A stretch of 64,000 nt of DNA from a virus (Duplodnaviria; Heunggongvirae; Uroviricota; Caudoviricetes; Demerecviridae). Positions 26,007-35,830 of this stretch are shown here, in pieces. A program made the position numbers and the translations under genes. Positions within the stretch are counted from its first letter, which is position 1. The number at the start of each line of letters is the position of its first letter. The notes below the pieces were generated by a model, which was not told where the DNA came from, did no database searches, and saw only the letters and a list, made by a program, of their open reading frames with translations. Where the stretch lies: positions 30,745 to 94,744 of IMG/VR virus record IMGVR_UViG_2595698513_000001. One strand, given 5' to 3'.

Positions 26007-26468
26007 ATGAAAATTGAAAAACTAGAACATTTAGTGGATACAGCTCGCGAATGGGCTAAGTTACATCATGCTGGTCAAAAATACGCATATGGCTCGGATT
26101 ACTTTGAGACACATATTCTAGAAGTAGAAAAGACCGTTATAGAATTAATGCATAGCCCACATTACACAAGAACAGACAGATACCTAGCTAGGGCTGTTGC
26201 ACTTCTACATGACATAGTAGAAGATACAGACGTGAGTATTACAGAAATCCAACGCACATTCGGGCATAGAATAGCACAATGCGTATTAGACCTAACCAAA
26301 CTAAGTGGAGAAGACTGGGAATCTCAATGGTCTAGAGCCAAACGAAACTACCTATCTCTAGTAGTTAAGAAAGCAGATATTCTAGTAAACTTGAAAGTAT
26401 CAGTAGCGACAAACAAATTAAATTTGGTTGACAAATACACAACTGGCTTACGTTATTTATCTTTGTAA
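26007..26468 (+). CDS. HD-domain small alarmone hydrolase-like (RelA/SpoT HD family)
   Basis: LHHAGQKYAYGSDYFETH and LLHDIVEDTD motifs. Confidence 0.6.
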   Translation: MKIEKLEHLVDTAREWAKLHHAGQKYAYGSDYFETHILEVEKTVIELMHSPHYTRTDRYLARAVALLHDIVEDTDVSITEIQRTFGHRIAQCVLDLTKLSGEDWESQWSRAKRNYLSLVVKKADILVNLKVSVATNKLNLVDKYTTGLRYLSL

Positions 26469-26497
26469 TTGCTAAACAACTCAAATTTTCGTATAAT
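26469..26497 (+). promoter_or_regulatory. early promoter TTGCTA-17-TATAAT
   Basis: Leader ATACGCATAGTTTGAAAGGAGATTG. Confidence 0.65.
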
Positions 26498-26524
26498 ATA
26501 CGCATAGTTTGAAAGGAGATTGTC

Positions 26525-27565
26525 TTGAATATTTTTGTTTTAGATTTAGACCCGAAAGTGGCTGCACAATACCACTGTGATAAGCATGTTATCTCTCAGA
26601 TGAAAGAGGGTGTACAAATGCTTACAACTACTATGATGCGTTGGGGTAACACACCCCCACTCAATAAATCTGGCGAGCCATACAAGAAAGCTCATGAAAA
26701 TCATCCATGTACTAAATGGGTATACGAAGGGCTTGAAAACTATCATTGGCTGTGGGATTTAACTTATGCACTTGTCGAAGAAGCGGAGTTTCGCTTTGGT
26801 GGTACTTACCATATTGCAAGTATTATGCGTGATGGATCACTACCTCGTACTCCGAAACAACATCCCACTCCAAGGACTCGTACACCTTTTGCTAATGCTA
26901 CAGCAGACTGGCTTAAATCTAGTGATAATTGGGATGATAAGTCGTCGTTCGTAACATTAAATGCTGTAGATATTTATCGTCTATATTATATTGTAGACAA
27001 GATGCATATGACAGCAGTAGACATGGGTGAGCAGAACATACATTGGCAGTCTAAGCATACACTAGGCGAGCATTTCGATGAATATTCAATTTGGACTAAA
27101 CGTGGGGCACCGGAATTTATGAGCGATCGTTTCTATGCACAGCAATGTGAGTACTTCGGTATCAAGCCAGCAGAACTTATCCACATGGGTCGTTACCCTG
27201 ACTCAGAAGATGCCAAAAAGCTTAAAGCCAAAATGTATCGTAAGCTAGGTAAAAAGTCTAGCGGTTCTGTAACTGTGGCTAAGGCTAAGAAGACTACTAA
27301 AGCTGATGTATTAGTAGATATTCGTGAGCTAATGGGTCACGACGGTATGGATTGCCTAATGAAGCTAACCTTACCTGATATGCAAAAGGTTAAGCTAGCA
27401 CTTATAGCTATGCACGAGAATCAGACCGAGTGCCCAGATATGCCAACTGGTCGTGCTAAGGCACCTTATGTTGCAGCAGTTAAGCAGCTATTTAACTGTG
27501 ACGCAGACTTTTCTAAGCTAACTATGGTTGGATTAAAAGAGTTACTTGAGCACTTCGGTGCTTAA
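26525..27565 (+). CDS. hypothetical 346-aa protein (TTG start)
   Basis: After promoter 26469-26497; RBS AAAGGAGA then TTG. Confidence 0.5.
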   Translation: MNIFVLDLDPKVAAQYHCDKHVISQMKEGVQMLTTTMMRWGNTPPLNKSGEPYKKAHENHPCTKWVYEGLENYHWLWDLTYALVEEAEFRFGGTYHIASIMRDGSLPRTPKQHPTPRTRTPFANATADWLKSSDNWDDKSSFVTLNAVDIYRLYYIVDKMHMTAVDMGEQNIHWQSKHTLGEHFDEYSIWTKRGAPEFMSDRFYAQQCEYFGIKPAELIHMGRYPDSEDAKKLKAKMYRKLGKKSSGSVTVAKAKKTTKADVLVDIRELMGHDGMDCLMKLTLPDMQKVKLALIAMHENQTECPDMPTGRAKAPYVAAVKQLFNCDADFSKLTMVGLKELLEHFGA

Positions 27566-27581
27566 AATCGCAAATCTTGAT

Positions 27582-27610
27582 TTGCTTAACTTACTAAAAT
27601 TTTATATAAT
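27582..27610 (+). promoter_or_regulatory. early promoter TTGCTT-17-TATAAT
   Basis: Same leader as the 26469 element; upstream AAATCTTGATTTGCTT shared with 41288. Confidence 0.65.
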
Positions 27611-27637
27611 ATACGCATAGTTTGAAAGGAGATTAGC

Positions 27638-27940
27638 ATGGCTAAAGAAGAATTTGAAAAAGCAGCAAATGATTACGATAAACCAACTCTAGTGTACGCA
27701 GTTGGTCTGATGCTTAACCTGCACGATATGCCTCAAGAGACTAATAAGCTCTCTAAAAAGGCACTATGGCGTATTTACGACGACCTGCAAGCTCGTGGTA
27801 ACTCGTTTGCAAACCTAGAAGATGAACTTCGTAAGGCAGAACGCGAACGTAATGAGTGGCGTACTCGTGCAGAAGTCGCTGAACGTAAAGTTAAAAAGAT
27901 GGAGGCTAATCGTGGTAAACGTACCAAAGCACGTAAATAG
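27638..27940 (+). CDS. coiled-coil early protein
   Basis: After promoter 27582-27610. Confidence 0.6.
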   Translation: MAKEEFEKAANDYDKPTLVYAVGLMLNLHDMPQETNKLSKKALWRIYDDLQARGNSFANLEDELRKAERERNEWRTRAEVAERKVKKMEANRGKRTKARK

Positions 27941-28096
27941 TACACTTCCACCAGTAGATTTGTATATCTATGTTAAGGTTGGTGACGACTTTATTCGTTG
28001 TAAACGTAAGACTTGGGCTACCTCTCATCATCCGAACCATTTCGAAGTGTTCGAAGAAGACGGTACATCCCATCTAGTAAAAATGGAGAAAGCACA

Positions 28097-28303
28097 ATGG
28101 TTCTATCCGTAAAACAAAAAACAACAGACCGCATTTTTACAGCAGCAACCGTGTTTGGTGGTTGCGCAGCTTGTATAGCCTTTTTAAGGGCAGGTGACTT
28201 TGCCGCTCTAAATAACATGTTAAGTTTCCTATGGGGTTATTGGGAATTTTTCCGTGGCGTAGGTGACTATGAATACGATATTAAGGGGATTTCGTGTCAG
28301 TAG
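28097..28303 (+). CDS. small membrane protein
   Basis: RBS GGAGAAAG then ATG. Confidence 0.45.
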   Translation: MVLSVKQKTTDRIFTAATVFGGCAACIAFLRAGDFAALNNMLSFLWGYWEFFRGVGDYEYDIKGISCQ

Positions 28304-28665
28304 AATTAAAAGAATTTTTAGAAGAAAAAATTAAGCCAACCTATGATGCTGATAGTAATGCTTTTCCTGCACATATTCAGGAAGAGTACCTAACAAATGA
28401 AGGTTGGCTAGATAAAGCCTATATATGTAAGTCTTTGAAACTACATATGGCGACCTCTACTTTTAGAAAAGTAGTAAAACAGGTGTTTAATGAAACCCAA
28501 TTCACTATTATGCCAACAGAAACCGAACTAACAAAAGAAGAGTTCCTAGAACATTACGAGTTCGAGAAATTCCCATTTGGTCGTGGTTGGATTGGGTATA
28601 TGTACGGGCTAACTGGTAAGGTGGCAAAACGTGAAGATATTTTTGAGTGGATTTGTAGTGCTTAG
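28294..28665 (+). CDS. hypothetical protein (GTG start)
   Basis: RBS AAGGGGA then GTG. Confidence 0.45.
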   Translation: MSVELKEFLEEKIKPTYDADSNAFPAHIQEEYLTNEGWLDKAYICKSLKLHMATSTFRKVVKQVFNETQFTIMPTETELTKEEFLEHYEFEKFPFGRGWIGYMYGLTGKVAKREDIFEWICSA

Positions 28666-28883
28666 TTTTTGTGTCTCCAGTTTCTTTGCTGGAGCGTATG
28701 TACAGAAACTACGATTAGAAGCGGTTGAAAAACCCTTCCCACTACGTGCAATCCAAGCTACGTGTACTAAAACTAACGATTGTACTATATATCTTTACCA
28801 GAATATTCCAGAGATACAATCTGTAGCATCTGGTAAAGACCAAACGCCTAGAAAGGCAAAAACAGTTATAGTAAGGAACTAGT

Positions 28884-29207
28884 ATGAAGATGGTAATCCC
28901 ACAAGACCCAATTGATTCTCTAATATCTAGAGAAGATTTTCTAAAACGAGTAGAAGAACTAGTGCAGGCAGAAAACGTACGCATTATAGGGATTGCCTTG
29001 TACAACGTTACTTCTATTAACGCAAAAGCAGGTGAGCATATTCTGAACGCCATAGCAAAACTTAAACCGTTAGCTATGGATAACCCAGAATTAGTTGAGC
29101 AAGTGATTAAAGAGCTACATGCAGCTTCTACTCAACTTACTCAGCTAGCGCAACACTTTGAAATCGAAAAAGCTATGGGAGAAAAAGTATATGCAACAAA
29201 ACATTAA
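28884..29207 (+). CDS. hypothetical protein
   Basis: ATG after AGGAAC. Confidence 0.5.
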   Translation: MKMVIPQDPIDSLISREDFLKRVEELVQAENVRIIGIALYNVTSINAKAGEHILNAIAKLKPLAMDNPELVEQVIKELHAASTQLTQLAQHFEIEKAMGEKVYATKH

Positions 29208-29409
29208 AGTAGCAGAGATTAATAAGTTCTTAGATACTACCCATAGCCAAAACTTAGAACGACTACGAGCGAAGTTGGCACAAGGTCAATGGCATTGGAT
29301 GTTCCCAGACAATTGGGAAAATAATAATACTAATAGAGGCGTCCTATTTCATGCCATTAATGCTAAGCTGATGCCTACGCCAACTTTCTTCAGGAGAAAT
29401 AAGAAGTGA
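29191..29409 (+). CDS. hypothetical small protein
   Basis: RBS GGAGAAAAAG then ATG. Confidence 0.45.
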   Translation: MQQNIKVAEINKFLDTTHSQNLERLRAKLAQGQWHWMFPDNWENNNTNRGVLFHAINAKLMPTPTFFRRNKK

Positions 29410-29570
29410 GTTGGATTGGTATTACGGCTATCATAGGGGTTTTGGTAGTCTTTGCCGGATTGATAGCCGCATATTTAAGAGGGTATAAAGAAGGCTACCA
29501 GGATGGTGAAGTATCTGGGCAAGTGTTAAACTCACTGGACTCACTAGATCCAGAGGAGGTAATGAAATGA
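29406..29570 (+). CDS. small membrane protein (GTG start)
   Basis: Overlap-coupled; one TM; 54 aa. Confidence 0.35.
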   Translation: MSWIGITAIIGVLVVFAGLIAAYLRGYKEGYQDGEVSGQVLNSLDSLDPEEVMK

Positions 29571-29878
29571 AAGGCTCAATGAAGTTAAAGTTTGACTTAG
29601 GTTGGGTGTTCTCGCTGATGCTTGCAATTAGTTTTATAGTTTTTGGTGCAGCTAGACTAAGTTTAGCTATAGAAGTACAAGAACGATTAGCAACATCTTG
29701 TCAGTTGTTTGAAGAGAGCTTATATGAAGCTTTAGATAGAGACCACGATGATAAATTTGGTCTAGTTACAAAACAATGTGTCAATGAATACAAGAAATCA
29801 ACACTTGCTATTGCCATGGACTTCGATAAATGGTCTTATCAGGAATTTTATGCTGATTCGATAAAAACTTTAAAATAA
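29567..29878 (+). CDS. membrane-anchored hypothetical protein
   Basis: RBS GAGGAGG; ATGA overlap. Confidence 0.5.
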   Translation: MKGSMKLKFDLGWVFSLMLAISFIVFGAARLSLAIEVQERLATSCQLFEESLYEALDRDHDDKFGLVTKQCVNEYKKSTLAIAMDFDKWSYQEFYADSIKTLK

Positions 29879-29881
29879 TAA

Positions 29882-29910
29882 TTGTCAAGCAGCTTAATTT
29901 TCTCTATAAT
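29882..29910 (+). promoter_or_regulatory. early promoter TTGTCA-17-TATAAT
   Basis: Spacing read directly. Confidence 0.6.
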
Positions 29911-29942
29911 ATATACATAAATTAAAGAGAAGGAAGATTAAA

Positions 29943-31181
29943 ATGTTAAACAAGAATATGGACGGTAAGATGTTATCGCAAGAGCTTGCTCTGGCATTAG
30001 CTAATACCGTTCCAAAAGCTAAAAATGTCCAAGACATGCTACGAGGCGGTATGGTGGACAGAATCTTTGAAAAGTCTCGTGGGATTATCAGTATCCCAAT
30101 TAAACACGCCACGTATTACGCATGGTCTAAAGACAAACCTAGCAAGCACGGGTTTAGTTTCGATAAGCGTTTCGATTTTTGGGCAGAATCTAAGAAAGGT
30201 ATGGAAGGTGTTGCCTTTGTAACTACTTCCCACCAGTTAGTATTGCCTATGTATAGAAACGATGATACTGTACGATGCGCTCACTTAGAGTCAGGTCGTA
30301 TAGTATGGGTAGATATGGTAGACTTAATGCCTTTATTCCCTCGTGCTGTACTGGCTAGTATTGACCCTAAAGATAAAGACGCATTTAATAAGTTCCAAGA
30401 CCACATTGCTAAGTTGTGCGATATTCGTACACGGTGGCTAGAGGGTAAAGGAACCTACCCTAGAAATGGTAACTTAGATGTGAATTATGAAGGCAGCATT
30501 ACTCCTGCGGAACAGGAAGCTGTATCAGAGTTAGAGAACGAAAGTATGACAACTTGGGCAACCGTAGGTCGTCGTGGAGTTGGTGGAAATCCATTTGCGG
30601 TCAAAAAAGAATCAAACCCTTGGTGGGTAAAAACTCCAGAAGGTAATGCATTCATTACTAAAGAAATGCTTGAAAAAGCAGAAGTAAGAGCCAAAAAAGA
30701 AACAATTGTAAACTCAGTACTAAATAAAGACAAACTAGAAGGTAAAGAAGATATGACTAAAGCAACTCAAGTAAAAGCAGGCATGATCAACGTAAACAAA
30801 GAAGCTCTAAAACAAGTAGGTTACTTGAACGCAGGTCGTGCTTCTAACAAACTAATCAAAGAATCAATTCGTCCACTATTGAACGCCATGTTCAAACCAA
30901 CTTTCATGCAAAAAATCGCTATGAAGCTGTTTAAAATGGAAAACCCAGTGGATGTAGCACTAAAATCTGGTATGTCAGACTTGCTATGTGCTCAAATGGT
31001 TCAAGCGATTGTTGAAATCAAAGGCGTTGATAATCCATACGTTCGTCAAGTAACTCAAGCGGGTATCACTCAAGCAGGTTACGAGCTATCTAAAGCAATT
31101 CCTTTCGAAGATGCTATCGACAAGGTAGTTGAAAACCTAGAAAAAGGTGCTGAAGGCATCGTGGCAAAAATCTCAAAATAA
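29943..31181 (+). CDS. hypothetical 412-aa early protein
   Basis: After promoter 29882-29910. Confidence 0.6.
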   Translation: MLNKNMDGKMLSQELALALANTVPKAKNVQDMLRGGMVDRIFEKSRGIISIPIKHATYYAWSKDKPSKHGFSFDKRFDFWAESKKGMEGVAFVTTSHQLVLPMYRNDDTVRCAHLESGRIVWVDMVDLMPLFPRAVLASIDPKDKDAFNKFQDHIAKLCDIRTRWLEGKGTYPRNGNLDVNYEGSITPAEQEAVSELENESMTTWATVGRRGVGGNPFAVKKESNPWWVKTPEGNAFITKEMLEKAEVRAKKETIVNSVLNKDKLEGKEDMTKATQVKAGMINVNKEALKQVGYLNAGRASNKLIKESIRPLLNAMFKPTFMQKIAMKLFKMENPVDVALKSGMSDLLCAQMVQAIVEIKGVDNPYVRQVTQAGITQAGYELSKAIPFEDAIDKVVENLEKGAEGIVAKISK

Positions 31182-31184
31182 CAA

Positions 31185-31214
31185 TTGCTATAGCGGGTGA
31201 AAACCCGCTATAAT
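31185..31214 (+). promoter_or_regulatory. early promoter TTGCTA-18-TATAAT with hairpin in spacer
   Basis: Spacer AGCGGGTGAAAACCCGCT is an inverted repeat; conserved leader follows. Confidence 0.55.
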
Positions 31215-31240
31215 AGTCCCATAAAGTTAAGGAGATTAAA

Positions 31241-31399
31241 ATGCTTAAAATTATCTGGGCAGTGATAGTGCTAGGGAGTGCACTGTTTCTCATCTTCGGA
31301 CGAAATATTATCAAGGAAGCCTTTCGCAGTGGAAAACGAGACATTGACGCTGTAGCAAACGAACTTAAAGAACAAAACGACAAACAGGAATCTAAATAA
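31241..31399 (+). CDS. small membrane protein (52 aa)
   Basis: After promoter 31185-31214; RBS AAGGAG. Confidence 0.5.
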   Translation: MLKIIWAVIVLGSALFLIFGRNIIKEAFRSGKRDIDAVANELKEQNDKQESK

Positions 31400-31400
31400 T

Positions 31401-32648
31401 ATGATGAATAAAGCGCAAGTAATTCTAGCCTCTACAATTGGTTCAGTAGCAATCCTAGCAGGCTCTCTAGTATGGGGTATTGGTAATAACGACCTCGGCT
31501 TCCGACAAGTTATCCAGTCTCCTAGCGGTGAGATTTCGGTTAAGTTTGACCAAGGTTGGTACTGGCAAGGTTTTGATACGGTAACTACTTACCCTGACAA
31601 CATTAACTACGAAACACCAGACTCTAAAATTATAGATTCCCAAGGTCGTCAAGTAATTAAAGAAGGTATCAACGTTCAGTACCAAGATGGTGGTATCGGT
31701 TATGTAGACGGCTCAGTAATGATCGCTTTACCTAATGACAAAGACAACATGATTGCACTTCACAAAGCGGCAAACAGTCCAGCAGGTTTGATTAGCAAAA
31801 TTATCAGCCGTGAAGTACGTCAAGGTCTTAACCTGACAGCAGGTCTAATGACCTCAGAAGAAGCCTACGCAGTGCGTCGTAATGACTATGCAAACTGGGC
31901 ACGAATGCAGGTTGAAAAAGGTCGCTTCTCTACCGTCCTAAAAGAGAAGAAAGTCGAAATGGAAGACGGCAAGATTCAGAAGAAAATGGTGCCAACCATT
32001 AAATACCAAAAAGATGGTATTACTCCTGAGTACCAAGATGGTATGTTCGCCGATTACGGTCTAAAAGTAACAGGTTTCCAGATTACATCATGGGACTTCG
32101 AAGATAAGACCAAAGAACAGATTGCTAAAAAACGCGATGCGGAAATGGCAATCATTACTGCGAAAGCTAACGCTGACCGAGCTGATTGGGAAACCAAAGA
32201 AGTAGAAGCTAAAGGTAAGAAAGCTATCGCTAAAGTTAAATACGAACAGCTACAGATTAAAGAAAAAGCCACAATCGCTGCTGACCGTGAAAAAGAAGTT
32301 GCTATTACCAACGCTAAACGTAAGGTTGAAGTTGCAAAACAACTTGTACAAGAACAAACACAACGAGCTATCGCTGCTAAGAAAGAAGCAGAAGCATTTA
32401 CAACCATGTCTGTAGCGCGAGCTAATGACAAAAAACGTATGATGCAATCAGATGGTGCTCTACAACAAAAACTAGAAGCTTATGTTCAAACTCAAAAAGT
32501 ATGGGCTGATGCTTACGCTAAACGTGCTGTCCCAACTATCCAAATGGGTGATGCACAAGGCACAAACGGTGACGCTTCGCAGTTCCAACAAATGCTTAAC
32601 GCAATGGTGGCGAAAGACCTAATGGTTAAGACACAAGTCACTAAATAA
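31401..32648 (+). CDS. membrane-anchored protein with SPFH/band-7-like region and long coiled coil
   Basis: N-terminal TM; K/E-rich coiled coil. Confidence 0.4.
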   Translation: MMNKAQVILASTIGSVAILAGSLVWGIGNNDLGFRQVIQSPSGEISVKFDQGWYWQGFDTVTTYPDNINYETPDSKIIDSQGRQVIKEGINVQYQDGGIGYVDGSVMIALPNDKDNMIALHKAANSPAGLISKIISREVRQGLNLTAGLMTSEEAYAVRRNDYANWARMQVEKGRFSTVLKEKKVEMEDGKIQKKMVPTIKYQKDGITPEYQDGMFADYGLKVTGFQITSWDFEDKTKEQIAKKRDAEMAIITAKANADRADWETKEVEAKGKKAIAKVKYEQLQIKEKATIAADREKEVAITNAKRKVEVAKQLVQEQTQRAIAAKKEAEAFTTMSVARANDKKRMMQSDGALQQKLEAYVQTQKVWADAYAKRAVPTIQMGDAQGTNGDASQFQQMLNAMVAKDLMVKTQVTK

Positions 32649-32657
32649 TAACATAAT

Positions 32658-32680
32658 TAGCCACCTTCGGGTGGCTTTTT
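32658..32680 (+). terminator. rho-independent terminator
   Basis: AGCCACCTTCGGGTGGCT then TTTT. Confidence 0.75.
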
Positions 32681-32711
32681 GCGTACCCACACGTAATATT
32701 TGGAGGATTTC

Positions 32712-33110
32712 ATGAATTGGCGGCAAGGCGCGGGTAAGATTTGCAAAGGTATATGTTATACAGGTATCTGTATGTATTTCGCTGTAGTAGCGTCTATAGT
32801 GCTTTACTATACTAGTATACCTACCTTGTTTGCGGCTACAGTACTTCTTCTAGCGGTAGCTTTTTGGGGCATGATAGACAAACTAGAACGCAACACTAAG
32901 CTTATTTATGCGGAGATGGAAAAACAAAGGATACTACAAGCAATACAAGATGATCTCGCATGGAATAATATATCTAGAGATATTAAAACTGTACTTGTAG
33001 ACCAAATGTATGAAAAACCTGTTGTAACAATAGAAGGGTTACAATTCAAAACTTGGTATGTTAATAAAATGCGTGGCATTACTATAGGAGAAAGAGTATG
33101 GCGAATATAG
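32712..33110 (+). CDS. membrane protein
   Basis: RBS GGAGG; 2 TM. Confidence 0.5.
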   Translation: MNWRQGAGKICKGICYTGICMYFAVVASIVLYYTSIPTLFAATVLLLAVAFWGMIDKLERNTKLIYAEMEKQRILQAIQDDLAWNNISRDIKTVLVDQMYEKPVVTIEGLQFKTWYVNKMRGITIGERVWRI

Positions 33111-33499
33111 ACCAATTTGCAAAGAAATTTAGTGTGTTATCACTTGAAGAAAAACAACAATTGCTAGATCTAGTAAAACTTGATAAAATAAAGGCTGAAT
33201 TTGAAAAACACAAAAAATCACTTTCAGAGAAGGGCTACTCCATAGCTTCTCATAATGGATGCTATACATGGGCTAGTTTTAATAAGAATATTTTGGAAGA
33301 TGAACCTACTTTACATATTACACTCCATAGAACAGACTTAGGTGAGTGGCGATGTGAAATCTCGCATATGATAGGGCTAGTTAAAGTCACATCTGGCGAA
33401 TTTTGCTATCCTCATGATAATTTTGAAAAATTCTTTGAGAGTAAAGTAGAGGCAGTAGCTAAATCATCTGCACATTTGCAACCTAGGAGTCAAATATGA
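33098..33499 (+). CDS. hypothetical protein
   Basis: Overlap-coupled ORF. Confidence 0.5.
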   Translation: MANIDQFAKKFSVLSLEEKQQLLDLVKLDKIKAEFEKHKKSLSEKGYSIASHNGCYTWASFNKNILEDEPTLHITLHRTDLGEWRCEISHMIGLVKVTSGEFCYPHDNFEKFFESKVEAVAKSSAHLQPRSQI

Positions 33500-33606
33500 A
33501 AGAAAGACTGATTTGGGCGTCCATACTAGCATTAATAGGCTATGTTTTTACTACTAGCTTACCAGTAGCGGTTATTTGTGCAATTATAGGAGCAATATTA
33601 CCATGA
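33496..33606 (+). CDS. 36-aa membrane peptide
   Basis: ATGA couplings on both sides. Confidence 0.3.
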   Translation: MKERLIWASILALIGYVFTTSLPVAVICAIIGAILP

Positions 33607-34343
33607 GCGTAATTGATATTACAGATAGACGAAATATTTACTTTGTTGGAGACCTGCACGGTGACTGGAAAGCCTTAAAGTTCTTCTTAGACCAAGTAGA
33701 ATTTAACTACAGAGATATTATTGTTTCTGTAGGGGATTTATTCGACCGTGGAGAGCAGAACCTAGAAGTAGTTAACTTTTTTCTATTTACCGAGAACGCA
33801 TTAGCAGTACGGGGTAATCATGAAGATATGGCTATCCAAGGGTTACTGCACGGAGAAAACAACCAGGCAGCAAGCTGGATTATGAATGGTGGCGGGTGGT
33901 CTCTAGACTTTCCACAAGCCATGATTGAAGGTATTCTGCGAAAAATGGAGCAAGAATTTCCTCTTGTTCTTACACTTAGACACGAAAACACTAAATTTGG
34001 AGTAACACATGCAGAATGCCCAACAGAGGTCTGGGATGACTATGTTCAAAGAGCTGGCAAATACTTCCCTGACGATAATCGAGCAGTTTGGGGACGTGAC
34101 GCTATCAAAGGTCGTAGATTTTCTAAAATACGCGGTGTTGACTACACTATTCATGGGCATAGTGTCCGTGACTGTGTCACTAGCATTGGTAATCAAATGT
34201 GGATTGATACTGGCTCAGTCTTTGATGGCGGAGACAGAAAATACGGACTCACAGTAATGGAATGGGATAACGGTGGTTGGGTAAATCATCGTATTATCAG
34301 AAATCACTTTGAACCTAACGGCCTAGAACATTTAATTATTTAA
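33603..34343 (+). CDS. Ser/Thr protein phosphatase (PPP/lambda-PPase-like metallophosphoesterase)
   Basis: GDLHGD, GDLFDRG, GNHE motifs. Confidence 0.8.
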   Translation: MSVIDITDRRNIYFVGDLHGDWKALKFFLDQVEFNYRDIIVSVGDLFDRGEQNLEVVNFFLFTENALAVRGNHEDMAIQGLLHGENNQAASWIMNGGGWSLDFPQAMIEGILRKMEQEFPLVLTLRHENTKFGVTHAECPTEVWDDYVQRAGKYFPDDNRAVWGRDAIKGRRFSKIRGVDYTIHGHSVRDCVTSIGNQMWIDTGSVFDGGDRKYGLTVMEWDNGGWVNHRIIRNHFEPNGLEHLII

Positions 34344-34372
34344 TTGCTAAATAACGTTAAAAAGCGTATAAT
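34344..34372 (+). promoter_or_regulatory. T5-type early promoter plus conserved leader
   Basis: TTGCTA-17-TATAAT; AGTTACATAAAGTTGAGAAACGGAGATTG. Confidence 0.7.
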
Positions 34373-34404
34373 AGTTACATAAAGTTGAGAAACGGAGATT
34401 GTTT

Positions 34405-34605
34405 ATGTATTTAATGAGTGTTACTGCTTACTTCGCCACTACTTTCTTTAAGTATGGCTTCCTAGCTACTACAACCGAAACGTTCCCTACAAAGGAGCAA
34501 TGTGAGCAAGCCAAAGAACAAGTAGTTTACCAAATCCGTCAAACTACTAAAGGGGATATTGATAAACTTAATGCATCTTGTACTTACATTGGAGAAGATA
34601 AATAA
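34405..34605 (+). CDS. hypothetical small protein
   Basis: After promoter 34344-34372. Confidence 0.55.
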   Translation: MYLMSVTAYFATTFFKYGFLATTTETFPTKEQCEQAKEQVVYQIRQTTKGDIDKLNASCTYIGEDK

Positions 34606-34901
34606 TGAAAGTAACCTTAAATACTATGTTTGAAAGCAATGGTAACTACTGGATTTCTGTGTTAGTAAGCAATGGAATATGTACTGGAATTCTTGACACA
34701 GATAACTATGCCGAGTTTAACTGTGAAAAGGGTATACGTACAGCAATAGATAAAGCTGCAAAAATGCGCAAAGTTTTAGATACAGGACAGAAGTTGCTAG
34801 ACGAAGATGAGCTTTGGGTTCTAGTGGAACGTGGTGTGGTTACTGCCGAACAACTAAAAGAAGCATATGCCGATGTGGAGATGATGTATGAGCGTTACTA
34901 A
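34605..34901 (+). CDS. hypothetical protein
   Basis: TAATG coupling. Confidence 0.5.
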   Translation: MKVTLNTMFESNGNYWISVLVSNGICTGILDTDNYAEFNCEKGIRTAIDKAAKMRKVLDTGQKLLDEDELWVLVERGVVTAEQLKEAYADVEMMYERY

Positions 34902-35271
34902 TATGAAAGCATTTGAAGTAAACCTACAAACAGAGCCAGTAATAGTATTTTGTGACCCTGAGAAGGCACAGCAATTCTTTATTGATGACAATGCCAAAGA
35001 TGCGTGGCGTAATTACTTTTGGGGCTGTGACGACCTTGGTGACTTAGCAGAGAATCTAGCTAAAATGTTCTACTACCAAAAGGATTGCCTAGGCGACCCT
35101 TTCATTGAAGGTTTTGGTGCGGCTAAGTTCAATACTACTAAAAAAGTATGGGAGATTGAAGACTCTCATTTCGGTAAGATTATTATAGAAATGGACGACC
35201 TTGACCACCACTGGGATGTACAAGACGTTAGCAAAAAACTTAATTCTTCACTTGCTCGTTTAGTTAAATAA
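34888..35271 (+). CDS. hypothetical protein
   Basis: Overlap-coupled. Confidence 0.5.
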   Translation: MSVTNMKAFEVNLQTEPVIVFCDPEKAQQFFIDDNAKDAWRNYFWGCDDLGDLAENLAKMFYYQKDCLGDPFIEGFGAAKFNTTKKVWEIEDSHFGKIIIEMDDLDHHWDVQDVSKKLNSSLARLVK

Positions 35272-35280
35272 ACGTATAAT
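35252..35280 (+). promoter_or_regulatory. T5-type early promoter plus conserved leader (-35 inside upstream CDS)
   Basis: TTGCTC-17-TATAAT. Confidence 0.65.
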
Positions 35281-35311
35281 AGTTACATAAAGTTGAGAAA
35301 CGGAGATTGTC

Positions 35312-35830
35312 ATGGAAAATACAGAAAAGAAAGTATGGGTTTACCGAGCTGGTAGTGGTCGTATATGGCATACACCTTCTCCCTCTAGCTTTCATTTAAT
35401 GAATAACGGCGAGCCAATGACCCGTGAAGATGCTCAAGATTATTTATGGGAAGAACGAGAGACTTACGCTGATGGTAAAGAAGAGTACGAAATGTGCATG
35501 GACTGCCAGGGTGATGGGTGTGAGTCTTGTGACGGCGAAGGTGGTTGGTATGAAGATTGGTCTGAAACAGTAGAACGCACCACTTACTGCTACTTAGAAG
35601 AATATGACCCTAAAGTACACTACATGGTTAAGTCTAACTTCCCTGAATATCTACTATGGAAAGCCAGAGAAGTAGAGAAGCAATGCCAACGTCAAGCCAA
35701 TATGCTAGATAATAAAATAGCCGAGCTAGAAGAACAGCTTTATGCGTTGAAAGTTCAACGTGGCGAAACAGGATACAAACTAGCAGCAGCTAAGCTTAAT
35801 CTTAAAGAAACAGAAGAGAAATACGCATGA
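35312..35830 (+). CDS. hypothetical protein with Cys cluster
   Basis: After promoter 35252-35280. Confidence 0.6.
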   Translation: MENTEKKVWVYRAGSGRIWHTPSPSSFHLMNNGEPMTREDAQDYLWEERETYADGKEEYEMCMDCQGDGCESCDGEGGWYEDWSETVERTTYCYLEEYDPKVHYMVKSNFPEYLLWKAREVEKQCQRQANMLDNKIAELEEQLYALKVQRGETGYKLAAAKLNLKETEEKYA

